Source: Cyanophora paradoxa CCMP329 (Eukaryota; Plantae; Glaucophyta). From it: a DNA stretch of 64,000 nucleotides. The stretch spans positions 1 to 64,000 of the forward strand of contig QPMI01000662.1 of assembly GCA_004431415.1 (NCBI GenBank), written 5' to 3'. Shown here piece after piece: positions 10,604-21,186 of the stretch; position 1 is the stretch's first letter; the number at the start of each line of letters is the position of its first letter. The position numbers were made by a program, and so were the translations under genes. Under the pieces are notes generated by a model. The model had not been told where the DNA came from. It made no database searches and saw nothing but the letters and a program-made list of their open reading frames with translations.

Positions 10604-13596
10604 ATGCCCCGAATTAGCAACAGACTCATTAGAGAGAAGAAATGGGAACTCATGGGATTACTGGGAACACTGTATGCAGCCCATGAAATCACAGAGGCTG
10701 AATATGACCGGGAAATCGGATTTATTTCAAGGGGCAGACCCACTTTAGCAAAATTAACCAGAAAAGCCAATAACCTCTATGACAAAGTTGAGACTCTTGA
10801 TGAACTCGATCGCCTGAGGCAAATAGAACCAGAGGCAGAAGATGGAACAGCCATGAATGAATTATATCGCTGGCTCACATACAGAGCCAGAAGGGAAGTT
10901 GTGGTAGATGTGATTGAATATTTAGATAGAATTGCAACCTCTCTACCAAAACGTTTAAGAGATAGTCTGGATCAATTCAGGGCAATCAAAGTTCGCTTGT
11001 CGTTTATCTGCAAGTTCGTAAAAGTCAGCAATCCACAGGTTTGGATATCGAAATACATTTACAGCGATTATTTTGTATTAACCAAATCGAGAAATATTCG
11101 AACTGAGCTGAATAAAGCAGCCCAAATGTGTCAGGAACAGATGAATGTTGTTGATAGCTATCGATTGGAGAGAATCGAAATGCTAAGAGTTGCTATTATG
11201 AGTTATGCCCCAACTGGTGGCTGCTATGTTAAAACACCAGAATCAATTGCAGCTAAGAAAGCCACAGTGAATATTCGAAATATTGATGATTCTTGCTTTG
11301 AAAATGCCATTTTGGCATGGATCCATAGGAAAGATGTAAATTCCCACAAGAGAAGTGAGCTTACACAATATCGCAAATGGAAATACTCACCAACCACATA
11401 CAATCCTTTGGCTCTCAATTTCGACAATATCCCATTCCCTGTTCCTTGTGATGCTGAAATCATTGATAAATTCGAATCTCAAAATGCAGGCATCAGCATA
11501 AACATATTTGGAATGGATGGAGAGGTTATATATCCCCTGCATCAATCCAGCAACCCAGGCAGAAAGCAAAAGATTAATCTAATGCTCATTCATGATGATG
11601 AAGGGAATGGTCACTATATTACTATCATGTCCCTTTCAAGACTTCTCAGAGTTGCCCTTGATAAAACCAAGGATCAAAAGTTACACTACTGTGATACATG
11701 CTTATCTCGATTCAGGTCTGAGGCTAAACTCACTGCTCATGTGGACTCAAACAGATGCATTGATTGGAGACTCTCAAAGGGAATCACCCCTAAGCCTGAC
11801 ACCACAATAGAGTTTGGACTGAAAAACCTCAGGAAAACTGTCTGGCTTCCTGTTGTGGTTTACTGCAAGATTGAACATAGAAGCATCCCCATTGATGCAT
11901 CGAAATCCAAGAGGGAAGTCTCAGCAGTCAACATTAGAATAGTCACTGGGGCAGATGTTCAGGAGTTTCGATTTGAGGGTCAGGATCCAATGGGAGGTCT
12001 GTTTGAATGCTTGGAGTCCAAAGCAAGAGAGCTAATCGATTTCCTGTTCACCAATATTCCCATGAATGAACTCACAGATGAGCAAAAGGCTATTTACAGA
12101 GCTACCAAACACTGTTACCTTTGCAGTGAGAGGTTCACCAAGGAAAACTTCAAATGCAGGGATCATGATCACCACACAGGTAATTACATTGCACCTGCAT
12201 GCAGAAACTGCAATCTCCATAGGAGAATCTCAAAGCAAACAAAAGTAGCAGTGGTTGTTGACCAAATGGATGACTGTGGGACATTCATTTTCAGAAAAAT
12301 AGCAGGCATGGGTGATAAAAAGCGAATCGAAATCCTTTCGAAAAACTTTGATCAATACCTTTCATTGCAATGGGGTCTTTACAAGTTCATTGATGCAAGT
12401 AATTTTATGGACTTTGGGGCTGCTGATGTAGATGAGTTAATGAGCAAATTCCAGGCTTTCAGAAGGCTTTCACACTCAGTATATGGACTTGACCCAGTTC
12501 ATTATGTATCTGCACCTGGGCTATCTTGGGATGCTATGCTTAGGACCACCAAGGCAAAAATAGAACTCATCAGTGATGTAGAGCAATACGAATTTGTTGA
12601 GAGGGGAATCAGGGGTGGCTTTGCAACAATGCCTTGTAGGTATGCTGAGGCTGATGGTGAGAACTCCCATATAATGCTGTTTGATGCTAACAACTTGTAT
12701 GGCTACTGTTTGAGTCAGCCAATTCCAGTTGGTGATTTTAGATGGGAGACCGAATTCAACCCACAAGATAACAGATCCAGTTTCCTGGAAGTTGATCTGG
12801 ATTACCCAATTAGGCTATATCTAGACCACAGTGATTTCCCCCTAATTATTAACAAGAAAATAATAGATTATGCCGAATTATCACAATATCAAAAGAGCCT
12901 ATTAGATCTTTCAGGAGAAGAACTTGATAAAACCCCTAAGCTTACTGCAACCTTTGGCTCTGTGACCAACTATGTGATTTCTGAGCCTCTTCTACAGTAT
13001 CTGTTAGACAAAGGGGTGAAATTAAAGAAGGTTCACAGGGTCCTATCATTTACTGTGGCTCCTGTAATGAAACCATATATTGAGCTGAACACTGAGATGA
13101 GAAGGAGAGCAGTGAATAAATTCGAGGCTGATTTCTATAAGCTCATGAATAATTCAATCTATGGGAAATGCATTGAATCTTGCAGAGGTAGATCTGTGGT
13201 TAAGATTGCAAACAGTGAGAAACTGTTTATGAAATATGCAGCCTCCCCATTGGTGAAATCAACAAGTCCCATAAACGAAAAAGCAGTTGCCTTTGAGTTT
13301 TACACAAAGCATGTGAAACTAGATAAGCCTGTTGCAATTGGGGCTTATGTTTTGGATGCAGCCAAACTGCATAACTACAAGTTCTTCTATGATACTGTAA
13401 GGTCCCAATGGACAAAAGCAAAGTTACTATTCCATGATACTGACTCCTTTTGTCTATATATCGAATCTAAGACCCTACAAAAAGATATAGAGAATATATC
13501 TTATGCCTTGGACCTAGGGGGATCTAACAGAATGACCCCAGGTAAATACAAAAATGAAATGCCTGGCTCTGCAATATTGGTCCCAATAAGGCAACC
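10604..13596 (+). CDS. Polinton-type (protein-primed family) DNA polymerase B, exonuclease-degenerate, C-terminally truncated
   Basis: KKATVNIRNIDDSCF, C2H2 finger, EndoVII-like CYLC..RDHDHHTG..AC..CN, YGLDPVHYVSAPGLSWDAML, motif A DANNLYG, motif B KLMNNSIYGK, motif C HDTDS, PGKYKNE; homology ends near 13577. Confidence 0.92.
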
Positions 13597-13632
13597 GCCC
13601 CGGCGCGGGGGGAGACTTCGCGCATGTTTCCC

Positions 13633-14556
13633 ATGGTCCCAATAAGGCAACCCCTTGATACCTATGTGATTGATTTGCTCTTTTTCCCAGCTTATAAGAA
13701 ACAAAACAATGGCTATGATACCTTTATGACTGCAATGGAATCAACACTGAGAACTGGGTATATCATACCTATAAGGGATAAATCAGCTCTCACTACATTA
13801 GCTGCATTTAAACAGCTTGAGATGAGAGTAGCAAGACCCATAGTAAAAGTTCAATCAGATGCTGGGAGTGAATTCCAAAATCGAATATTCCAGGAGTATT
13901 TATCTAGTAAATACATAGAACACCAAGTGAGTGGAACTGCAGACCACAGAAGCCAAGGTCGAATTGAAGCCTTTAACAAACAGATTAAGAGATTGATTAC
14001 AAACTACTGCATAGCCAATAATACAGCTAGATTCTTTGATGTGTTAGGTGATATTGAGTATAATTACAATAATACAGTTCACTCAGCTACTAAGATGAAG
14101 CCAGGCGAAACTACAGAGGAGCATTATAGGTATATAGTGGGATTAGAAGATGAAAGATTCAAGAAATCAATAGCTTACCTTGATACCATGCAGCCTGGCA
14201 TGTTTGTTAGAGTGAAAGTTGAGAAAAATCCCTTTGCTAAACAGGGTAACAATTGGTCTAGGATGGTTTACACTGTTGATAGTAGGGAAGGCTTTAAGTT
14301 TAAGCTAAGGAGTCCCACTGGTGAGATCATAGAAAACAGGTTTGCTTTCCATGAGCTGTTGCCTGTGAATGCAGTTGAATATCTAGAAACCCCTACAGTG
14401 GATGCCTTAGAGCAAGCCAAGGAGGAAGCCAGGGTTGATGCTGCTATAAGGAGAGAAGGCATAGAAGCTGCTAATGAAGTCCCAGATAAGCCTTTGATAG
14501 AGGCTAGAAAGGAGAAGGCTGGAAAGTTAACAGGGAACTCAAAAAGCTCACTATAG
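13633..14556 (+). CDS. Retroviral-like (rve) DDE integrase, Polinton type, N-terminus probably lost
   Basis: VIDLL, QSDAGSEF, IEAFNKQIK (DDE intact), YNNTVHSATKMKP, GMFVRV..NPFAK..NWSR. Confidence 0.92.
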   Translation: MVPIRQPLDTYVIDLLFFPAYKKQNNGYDTFMTAMESTLRTGYIIPIRDKSALTTLAAFKQLEMRVARPIVKVQSDAGSEFQNRIFQEYLSSKYIEHQVSGTADHRSQGRIEAFNKQIKRLITNYCIANNTARFFDVLGDIEYNYNNTVHSATKMKPGETTEEHYRYIVGLEDERFKKSIAYLDTMQPGMFVRVKVEKNPFAKQGNNWSRMVYTVDSREGFKFKLRSPTGEIIENRFAFHELLPVNAVEYLETPTVDALEQAKEEARVDAAIRREGIEAANEVPDKPLIEARKEKAGKLTGNSKSSL

Positions 14557-15806
14557 CAGGGACACAGAAACTTTCTGAGGTTAATAGCCAGAGATGGTAT
14601 AATGACTTTCAGACTACTAAGGAGTCATATACAGCCCCTAAACCTCAGAGAACACTAAGAGAAAGGACCAAAACTAGCTAGTTTGCTAGGCGAAAACTCG
14701 TTTTTTCCAAATATATGTATGACTGATATACATATATGCACATGATATACACATAGTCTTGTAGATCTTATCAAGCGCTTCACAGCGATATGCAGAACGT
14801 TGCGTTTTGATGATCTGGTGATGAGATATAACAGTTTGAAGATGCGAAAGTCACTTGCCATAGTGGACTTGGTGAAACACTAGCCCAGGAATCGACTTGG
14901 AAGTAAGTCGCTTTTGGCTCAGCGGTTAAGGCGCTTGGATTTCCGAGTCGCAAATCAAATCCGCTCGGGAACCTTTACTTCGTTCGCCTTGAAACTTGAA
15001 AAGTAAAAAAAAAACGCGGTTTTTTCTAGATTAATGCTGTACCCGTCTGGAAAATCATTATTCACGTTTGCTACGATATCTCAGCACCAACTTATCAAAT
15101 CGATGCGCTTTAAACGTCATAAAATCGAGCATTTCAAGGCGGTCTGAGCGCTTATCAGCCATATCGACATTTCGATAACCCTGACTCGAAATCGCGGTGA
15201 AAGCGATTTTGAATTTTATTTTAAATTCGATTGAAATCCATTAAACGTGAGTTTTTAATACAGATCACCAGGAAGTTATCAAATCGATACACCAACGATT
15301 CAATATAATCACCAATATCATACATAACAATAAATTGCAATCACATCTACGAATCTCGATGTGTATACATCGCTATTACGATTAAACCGATTTTGAAAAT
15401 TCAAAACTAATTCGATTAAATTCGATTATAACGAAAGAGTTAAAGATCTACATCAAATACTTATCAACTCAATCACCTGATAACATCGAATAATCAACCC
15501 AAATCTACTTTAGAGATAATCGTGATTACATATGTGAAATCATCAATCTAACACTGCATTTAGTAAGCATCTCCCCTTGATTCCCCCTATTATATAATAT
15601 TTATATTTAAGTGGACTCAAGGTTGACTCATATTAATCGTAAAAGTAGTAAAAGTATATGGATTTTGTTACGAATTCAATGCAAGGGTTGACTAAGTGGG
15701 TTGAGTTGACTCAAATTTCACAGGAAATAACAATGAATCAGAGTATAAATGCATTTTTTGAATCAACTACACCAACTAACACTGAGATTTTACCAATATA
15801 TGAGGT

Positions 15807-15927
15807 CCTTACTGAATATGGTTTGTGTGACAGGTGTGACAGGTCTATCCCGTGGATTTTCAAAATCAATTTCTCACTAGGACTTTCCTTGGGATGGACC
15901 TGTCACACCTGTCACACCTGTCACACC
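15807..15927. repeat. Iteron hairpin 2 (inverted copy of hairpin 1 with flipped loop)
   Basis: CCTTACTGAATATGGTTTG-(TGTGACAGG)x2-TCTATCCC-39 nt-GGGATGGA-(CCTGTCACA)x3. Confidence 0.9.
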
Positions 15928-16178
15928 CAATTATTTCAAAAATCCTAAGGGTCCCCCCTTAGAATCATTAAAACATGATAAAAACATATAAGTTTCATGT
16001 ATAATTACGATTGGATTCAATAAGAGATCGATTTGTTTTATTTAACAAATGAATCATTTATGGATCTTAATCGAGTTTAGCGATATATTTCCGATTAAAT
16101 GAATTAAATTTAATTAAATTTAATCGAGAAAGTACATGAATATAATATCGATTAAATCAATTAACAAACAGACCAATC

Positions 16179-16462
16179 ACACATAGTAAAATGCGGAGTT
16201 TTAACCAGAGGCAAGATCTAATTGAGATTCAGTTATATTATTCGGAAATATATACAGATTATCGATTAACTCAGTAAGACTAATCGGAAAATAAGAGAAA
16301 TTTACGATAAAATATCGAAAAGAATACAAAATAATCGAAATAAATGAATATTCGATAAGATATACACAGATTATCGATTGATTGAAATAGAATATACGAG
16401 ATATATCAACAAAATCAATTAAGATTAAGCCGAGGGTTAAAACTCCGCATTTTACTATGTGT
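16179..16462. repeat. 284-bp MITE-like unit with perfect 28-bp inverted repeats
   Basis: ACACATAGTAAAATGCGGAGTTTTAACC (16179-16206) and its exact reverse complement (16435-16462); AT-rich interior; no clear TSD. Confidence 0.75.
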
Positions 16463-16479
16463 AATTTGATCGAAAGGAG

Positions 16480-18465
16480 ACTATTTGGACGGAGTCTACG
16501 TTCGAGCCCCTTCTTAGCCTTCTTTTTCTGTTCTGGGTTCATCTCACGTCCACCGTACTTGCTTTGAAACTCACTTTCGACATGCGCTTGAAACTCTGCC
16601 CAAGCTGCTGAACGACGGTTTTTGCCAGATGCTATAGCTCTTACGAACAGGTGGAAGTCGAATCCACGACCATTATGAAAGAAGATTGGAACAGCAGCTG
16701 ATTTTGCACGGCGGCGATTACATGCTCGACAGGCAGGTCCAAGGTATTTACCAGTATCATGGCAGTGATCACGATGTTTGTCTTTGATATCTTTGAACGT
16801 GTTTTTGCACATATAACAGTCGGTCGTTGTTTGAAAACTCTGCTCCTCTTCCTGATTCATCTGGATTGGTACTCTTGCTTTGAGTATCTCTCGAAATTGT
16901 GGTTCCATTTCGTCTAGCCATTTAACAAACTTATCAGCGCTGTCTATATTCTCGGAACCCATACATTTGAATGAAAACTGTTCGCCTTTTGATGTAATTA
17001 CCAGACACCCAACTGATGCTATTATATTTACACCCTTTTTTTCAGTATTACCACAAACACTTGGGATTGGCATTGTTATCGTCTCAGAATCAGCATATCC
17101 GACCAGACGTTGCCGGATTGAGTACTCATAGTTAATAAACTTCTGGATGTGGGCTCCTTTTTTGGGCAGAACATCTCGTGCGTGTTCATCACGTTCGAGA
17201 CAGCGGTCATATTTAAGATGATTTTCAAACGCAACACCTGAACTAAAACCTGTTTGACACGCAAGACAATAGTGTTTAGCGGGAGAATCATGTCTTCCAA
17301 ACAGACGTGATATGTTCTTGATCCAGAGATAATGCCCTACATCATTTTCGCTGTCTGCAGGTACATACAAGATTGGTATTGCATCTTTTGCAGCGCTTAT
17401 GTGAATGGGCACAATATCATGATTATCAATAGCTGTTGTATAGACGCATAGTTTGACATTATTAGCTAGCTCGAATTTGCTGAATACATTCGAATCGAGA
17501 GGGGTTGGATATATAAGCATACTGCAGTCTAAAGAGTCTTCATACGGTCGATAATGACAAGCACTACTTGAATCCTGGCCTGGTCTTAGCGCGTGCTGGG
17601 CTGCAATGATTGAATATTTGAAACATTCATTGTTTGGTGCATCAATATTGATAAGGGCGTGCTTATCGGCTAGCCATTTTGGTAGGTTAAACCTCCGACC
17701 ACGACCTCCAATTCGTCGGAAATATTGAACAGTTTTAAAAACCAGATATATCCATGTATCGAAAACCGATGAATCCCTGCTTTTCTCTGACGCAAGAATG
17801 TCTAATTCTTCGAGCTGTGAACGCAAGGCCGCCTCAATGCTTGCTCCTGGCTCGATGCGATCAAAACGACGATGTTCAATTACGATAGCGATTGTAGAAT
17901 CTGTCTCGGGTTTTCTGTAGACACCCAATCCAGAGATTTGTAGTGAAATGCCCATTCTTGACGTCTCTGCAAGATTTACCTGGGCGCTTACGAATGCGAT
18001 TGCGTTTTGTTTAAAAAGTTCGTTGTTTTCAAATCTGGCTTGCATTGATGTTACACGTCCTGAGCCACGTGGTAGCTGGTATTTCCACTCTGCATATCGA
18101 CCGTCAAGCGCTGTAGTTGTTTCGTTGTTTATTTGAACATCATCTCCATCATCAACCTCTGGCAGCTCATTGAAAGCTGCGACAATTGCAGCCTGTCCTT
18201 CAGCAATTGCCAGCTCGAGTCGAAGACCTGAAACAGGACGCGTTGGTCTAGGAAATCGTGATAGTTCGTTCAATAGTGAAGCGTATTTTTCCAACGTTGT
18301 ATATCTTGTTCTCGATCCTTGCGCTGTAATTCTTAGCAATTTATTTTTGAAGGCACCATGTAAGACACGTCGATTGTACAATGAAGTTGCAAGCGCTTCT
18401 ATTTGGTCTTTGATTCTGGCCAACCTGAAGCGCCGAGTTGCTGCATTATTCTGAGTAACATCCAT
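16480..18465 (-). pseudogene. Second Polinton-type PolB, N-terminal/exonuclease half only
   Basis: LPKWLADKHALINI..NNECFKYSIIAA, HYLWIKNISRL, ExoI YADSE, CYMC..RDHCHDTGKY.GPACRACN, ExoII PIFFHNGRGFDFHL; then runs into the AT-rich repeat with no polymerase motifs. Confidence 0.85.
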
Positions 18466-19025
18466 TGATTAATCTATATATCACAATTTTTTTGATTATT
18501 TTAAACGCAACTTTACATAGCGATATTGGATAGGGATCTCTTTAAGGCAAAATAAGAGAAACCACCTGAACCTAAACTTGGACTACGTCATCGGTGGGAA
18601 TAATTAACGTCTAGCTAGAACCTGAACTCGAGTATGTAATTAGCTTTCGATGATATAGTAATTACGTGTAGCTTAACCCTTGAAACCTCTTTGTTTTTTA
18701 GATTCAAAGTACACACAATTAACGTCTAAATGATGTTGAAGATGATTCTGAGACCGGCGCTTTGGTGGTCCGCCTAAAAGCACTGCTATATCTTTTACAA
18801 AATCGATCGATCTAGACGTTAGATACTACCTAGCGGTTGCTGTTTGGTTGGCTTGGAGAGGTGGGGTTGGTAGACGTAACGAAGGGTTGGAAGAGAATGA
18901 TTGTTGGAAGGCGTTGGAGTGTGTGGTTTTGGTGGGATTGGAGGAGTGGGGGTGGTGAAGAAGGCGGGCCCACAGTGATGGGGGTACTCCCATTTTTTGG
19001 CGAGGGGGCGGGGCCGGGGGCGCAG

Positions 19026-20184
19026 GAGATGGGGCGGGTGATGGCGCGCGACGGCATCGAGGTCAACGACCGCCAGGCCCGCCCCGGCCCCTCCCCCCCC
19101 CCCTCCCCTTCCCCTTCCCCTCTGAGCGGCCGGCAGCTCGCGTGCGCCCGCATCCACTCCAAGGAGGGCCAGGACTACATCAAAGCCATGGCGCGCCCGC
19201 CCGTCCCCTCCCCGCCCGCCTCGCGCCTCGTCTGCTTCGCGCTGACCGAACCGGCGCCCCCGCAGAACGCCGCTGCCAACTTCGGTGCGGGGCGCGGCGC
19301 CCGGGCGGCGCCGACCGCCCCCGACGGCCCCCGCCCCGCCCTCGACATGCACCTCGTGTACGACGTGTGCCACAACATCGCGAAGGCGAGCGCCGCCTCG
19401 AGCTGCTGCCGGCGCGGGCTGACGCGGGGGCGGGCAGGAGGAGGAGCATGTGGTGGAGGGGCGCGTCCGCCGCGTCCTCGTCCACCGCAAGGGCGCCACG
19501 CGCGCCTTCGGCCCCGGCCACCCCTCCGTCCCCGCCGCCTACCGCGTGCGCCCCTTCCTGCACGCCCCGGCCCCCCGCACCCAAGCTTGAGTTCTACGGC
19601 GCAGGGGGTGGGGCAGCCGGTGCTGATCGGCGGCTCGATGGGGACGTGCTCGTACGTGCTGGTGGGGACGGAGGGGGCCATGCGGGAGACGTTCGGGAGC
19701 ACGTGCCACGGGGCGGGGCGCGTGCAGTCGCGCAACGCGGCGAAGAAGCTCGACCCGAAGGAGGCGAGGGCGCCTCGGCCCAGAGATCCCAACCTGGAAA
19801 CGGAAGCCATGAAGGCTGACGCGGGGCGGGGGCGCAGGTGCTGGGGGACCTGGAGGGCTGGCGGGCATCTCCATCCGCGTCGGCGACGTCAAGTACGTCG
19901 GCGTGCGCCCTCAGCCCGGGGCGGGGCCTCCCAGCCCCCCAGCCCGTCCAGATCTGCCGGCCTCACGTGCGGGCGGGGGGCGCGCAGGAGGAGGCCCCCG
20001 GGGCGTACAAGGACGTCACGGCCGTCGTCGACACGTGCCACGAGGCCGGCACCTCCAAGAAGGTTCGATTGATTCCTTTCCCCGGCCCGTTGGATCCGGC
20101 CCCGGCCAGCGCCGGCGCCGATCGCCCGCCCCCGCCCCCGCGCAGGTGGTGAAGCTCGTCCCCATCGGCGTGATCAAGGGGTGA
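19026..20184 (+). pseudogene. RTCB: tRNA-splicing ligase RtcB, 3' half only (multi-exon)
   Basis: Exons: [99 protein letters not shown]. The 5' half is replaced by the viral block in this window, and the WVNR segment appears deleted near 19330. Confidence 0.8.
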
Positions 20185-21186
20185 TCATGACCGGTACCCC
20201 CGCGAGCTCCGAAGTCGAACAACTGCAAATCCTCTTCAATTGCAACCTCGCCACGCGGATCAATTGCAACTCGCTTCACCAGCCCCGGCCGCGGCGGCCA
20301 CCGAGACACGCTCCCTGTCTCAAGCGGCCGCGGGCTGCCAGTCTGCCTCATTGATCATCAGTCATAGTCATTTGCACGCCTCGAAATTGAGGCTGCAGCT
20401 GTTTTCGTCTTCTTGTTTTCTACTTTCTGTACTGTTTGAGCTTTTGCTTTCTCCAAACCGCGTCGCGGCGCCGTAAGCTTGTACACGTTTACGACTCATT
20501 TCCAAGCCCTTTAAATGCAGTGAAATTGCACGTTCCATTTTTCCCGGAGTCCCGGGTCCTTCCAATTGCAACTCAATTTTCACGCTCTATCAGCTGCAGG
20601 CTCAGGGTCAACCGTTGAACCGTGAACATGTACAGTTCATATGCATTAGATAAAAATGCTGCCATATGCATTGTGTACTGAAAACTGATAAATCCATTGC
20701 AATTGTACCAGCGCTAGCGCCGCTAGCGGGCTGCAACTGCAGCTGGCCATGGGATTCAATGATTTTGCAGCAGAGTGCTTGTGCCAGCCGCCGCGGGCCG
20801 CCCGCGGATTGGAGGATCCGGAACCCGAGGAAGAAGAAGGGGGAACGAGGGGGGCGGGCAACCGGCGGAGGCGCTCAGCCTGGCAGGGGCGAGTTCGAAT
20901 TCGGCCAGCGCCACTCGAGAGACCGCGGCGGACGACGTCGACGTCGAAGGCATTAATATTGCATTTGGGGCCGGGGCCGCAAGCGCTAGCGCTAGCGCTG
21001 AGACCAGATCCGATGATTTCGAATCTGAGGAAATTGAGAAATCGAATTCGAATCTGTGCTCGAGCTTGAGCTAGCTATAGCGCGCGCGCGCGGCGGCGCG
21101 ATCCGATGATCGCGGGAAGCGGCGCCGGGCGCCAGCGCGAAATTCATGATCACTGTCCGGATCCCCGAGAGCCTATAGCTAGCGTC

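Larger units (their letters stand above)
1..18990. mobile_element. Endogenous Polinton/Maverick-like virus region, probably a composite of two related elements; left end outside window
   Basis: Sharp AT-rich, intronless block within GC-rich intron-dense host DNA; encodes Polinton-type PolB, rve integrase, A32-type ATPase, MCP/mCP-like genes and a primase-helicase. Right boundary is approximate (G/T-rich tract ending about 18,990, before a host intron acceptor). Confidence 0.9.

Noticed and set aside
13578-13645. Programmed-frameshift PolB-integrase fusion
   Set aside because: PolB lacks its C-terminal region and the overlap consists of a duplication plus GC-rich filler, which fits a rearrangement scar better.
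14905-14975. Bona fide tRNA gene
   Set aside because: No proper acceptor or anticodon stems and a degenerate B-box; kept only as a low-confidence finding.
6470-15935. Target-site duplication around the hairpin-bounded module
   Set aside because: The flanks (TTCGATA vs CAATTAT) do not match, so there is no direct evidence that it inserted as a unit.
15658-15948. 96-aa ORF with CDRCDR/TCHTCHTCH that looks like a metal- or heme-binding protein
   Set aside because: The motifs are simply the translation of the 9-bp iterons of hairpin 2.
16201-16480. Hydrophobic C-terminal tail of the 754-aa ORF as a membrane anchor
   Set aside because: It is read-through into the AT-rich inverted-repeat unit.
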